A DNA stretch of 64,000 bases, taken from assembly GCA_965637545.1 (NCBI GenBank), contig OZ281499.1, positions 14,384,001 through 14,448,000 of the forward strand, given 5' to 3'. The position numbers and the translations under genes are program-made. The stretch is from Phallusia mammillata. Taxonomy: Eukaryota. Each line of letters begins with the position of its first letter. The stretch's first letter is position 1. Positions 61,990-64,000 of the stretch are shown here, one piece after another. Below the pieces are notes generated by a model. The model was not told the origin of the DNA. It ran no database searches and was given only the letters and a program-made list of their open reading frames with translations.

Positions 61990-63101
61990 TTAGGCTCACC
62001 TCGACTCCGAGTCCTGACGACAAAGACATTTCGAAACGTGGCCGTGGGTAATCCGTTGCAAATAACCGCGGGAAAACACAAAAATCTTATGCAATCGAAG
62101 TTTTATCGAACACTTTTGTTTTTGTGTACGGTAAACTACATTTGCAAACACTATTAATGTACATTGCAACATAGCAAAATTTTTAACTTCTTTCCGACCT
62201 GCTTGTTAAAATGACTTTTTAAACTTTTGGGTCTTTTTAACGTCATAACGAGGTGATACTTGAAGGCAGCTCAAAACTTAAACGCAATAAAGCGCTAAGA
62301 GTGAACATTGTTCTAATTGCCTAATAGCTGTTTTACATTAATGGAGAACACTTTAAAATTGGAACGTTTGCCGAAACATGCAAAGGTGGGAATTCCACAC
62401 ACAAATGCGTGTGATGTTCCACCATAACTGGGGTCGGAAAAAAATTTTGGGTGGAAAATTACACGTCTAGATTTTGAGGTGGCAATTTACAACACAAGGT
62501 TGGGTTTTTACAAGGTGTGGTGGTGAAATTCCACATCACATTGGAAAAGCACACCATAAGTTGTCATATCCCAACATATATTTGTAATTACCAGTTACCA
62601 CCTTTTTTCCACCCCAAAAATTTACAGTGTGTGACTGCAGCGCGTCTATCATCCATCTACCAATTGTGCTCTTTACCTTGTCGAGATTTGAAACGTTTGA
62701 GCGTCGTGCAAGTTCCGGCTTGGTGAATATTTTTCCGCAATTGTATCGCTATGATTTGTTTTATGCGGCGAAATAAAATTACATCGTTAAACCAATTACA
62801 AACACTGCTTTGCCTAAATATTAATGCGTCATAAAACTCCATTTTTACCTTACTTGCTACAAAAAGCAGTCTTAGGTTACTTATCACTTCTAAAATCTTG
62901 ATTGTTTCGTCCCATCCGAGCGTGATGAACTATAACTTTTTATAGTCAACTTCTTTTTAAATTGCTTGCATTCTTCTTTTGGCTTAACGCCTTATTTCGA
63001 TAACTATCATGTGTTTTTTGAAACAATGGTTGTTAGTCTTAGCAATTTAATTGTAAAAGAAATTATTAATAACTCGGTAGCTTATCAATGTTTTTTTGTA
63101 G

Positions 63102-63277
63102 GTTCAGCTTCACAACATCGTCAAATGAGGGTCGCCGAACTATTTCTCTGTCTCTACACCTTGCGCGGTGTAAGATCCAAGAGGGTTGTTACACAACTCA
63201 TGCAACCTCTTGTGGGTACGACAAATGACGTGGAAAGCTACTTAACGTGCAGCTTTCTCAACATACTTTCCCAGTAA
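63102..63277 (+). CDS. NR0B: NR0B-like, terminal exon (helices 10-12)
   Basis: Acceptor tttttttgtag, phase 1; RVAELFLCLYTLRG...LMQPLVGTTNDVESYL resembles the DAX1/SHP C-terminus (LFFRPIIG). Confidence 0.7.
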
Positions 63278-64000
63278 GAGGACTGTTAAATTCACCCTTG
63301 TTCGTGTACGTATTTTCGACATGAAGTATTTACTACTTTGAAAATACTGTTTGTATGTCACATCGAATTTCAACTGCAGGTCTTATTGACCTGTACACTT
63401 TCTGTTTCATAATATGTTATCGCCGATTACTGTGTAAGACCTTCCGTCATTTGATGGTGAAATTTCCTCGTTTTGTCTCTCAGACCAAACTGAAGAAAAA
63501 ACTTGTTTTGTGCGTTTTTTTAGTTAGGCTTTGACTCGTTTGCGAAAATTCGCTAACGTACTGGCATCGAAAACACAGTTCTGCAGTTAACGAGCGTTTA
63601 AATTATCCAACAGTTCAAATGTTTTGTATCGTTTCTTTTGTTGCACAGACTGCGCTTTTACGACGGTTTTCACAGCCGAAACAAAGTAGATTTTATTGAC
63701 CATTTATCTATGCAACGTGTTTGTATTATATCTTTACTACCACTTTGTCGACAGCTAATATCAACTTTTGACGTTTTTTTCTACGTGTGATAGCTTGTTT
63801 TCTTCGCCAAACACGTAAATACGAAAAAATAAAACAATCCATTTAAAATGCTTATCTTCAAATATTTATTTAAAATTGGTTTGTGGTTTACAATATACGG
63901 TCATACGCTATTATCAGAAGTTTTTTATCACATTACTCTCTGGCCAACTGAAAGTTTTTTTTATGTATGGAAGAAACTTGGTTAAAGACTGTAGAATGTT

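Larger units (their letters stand above)
56618..62629 (-). mobile_element. CACTA/EnSpm-type DNA transposon (defective) in the nuclear receptor intron 2
   Basis: Termini CACTGTAAAT / ATTTACAGTG, 2-bp TSD TG, subterminal GTGGAATTCCAC-like repeats at both ends. Minus-strand transposase C-terminus-like ORF (60976-61350) and a multi-exon second gene ending ...ISAYWIFDICFPK. Confidence 0.8.

Overview
Animal genomic DNA, probably an invertebrate chordate or other deuterostome (inferred, not proven). 488-44486 is a replication-dependent histone locus with two different tandem arrays separated by a 200-N gap. Array A (488-24458) has a ~4.99-kb quintet: H2A+, H3-, H4-, H1-, H2B-. Array B (24659-44486) has a 6198-bp, seven-gene unit in the opposite orientation, with a second H2A/H2B pair. 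The main finding is an intact ~6.05-kb L1/Tx1-type non-LTR retrotransposon (5502-11552) inserted in sense orientation into the SGRGKGG-coding start of one H2A gene. Its 5' end carries 14 nt of H4-specific sequence. A decayed 3' end with the same terminal hairpin and AATAAACAAA abuts an H4 fragment at ~47.9 kb, and a possible third element 5' end follows a decayed H4 start at the left edge. Together these suggest a retrotransposon family that targets the N-terminal sequence shared by H2A and H4. The right flank (44.5-64 kb) is AT-rich and full of nested DNA transposons (hAT, Tc1/mariner-pogo, CACTA/EnSpm). It also holds a three-exon nuclear receptor gene with no visible DNA-binding domain, resembling NR0B (SHP/DAX1).
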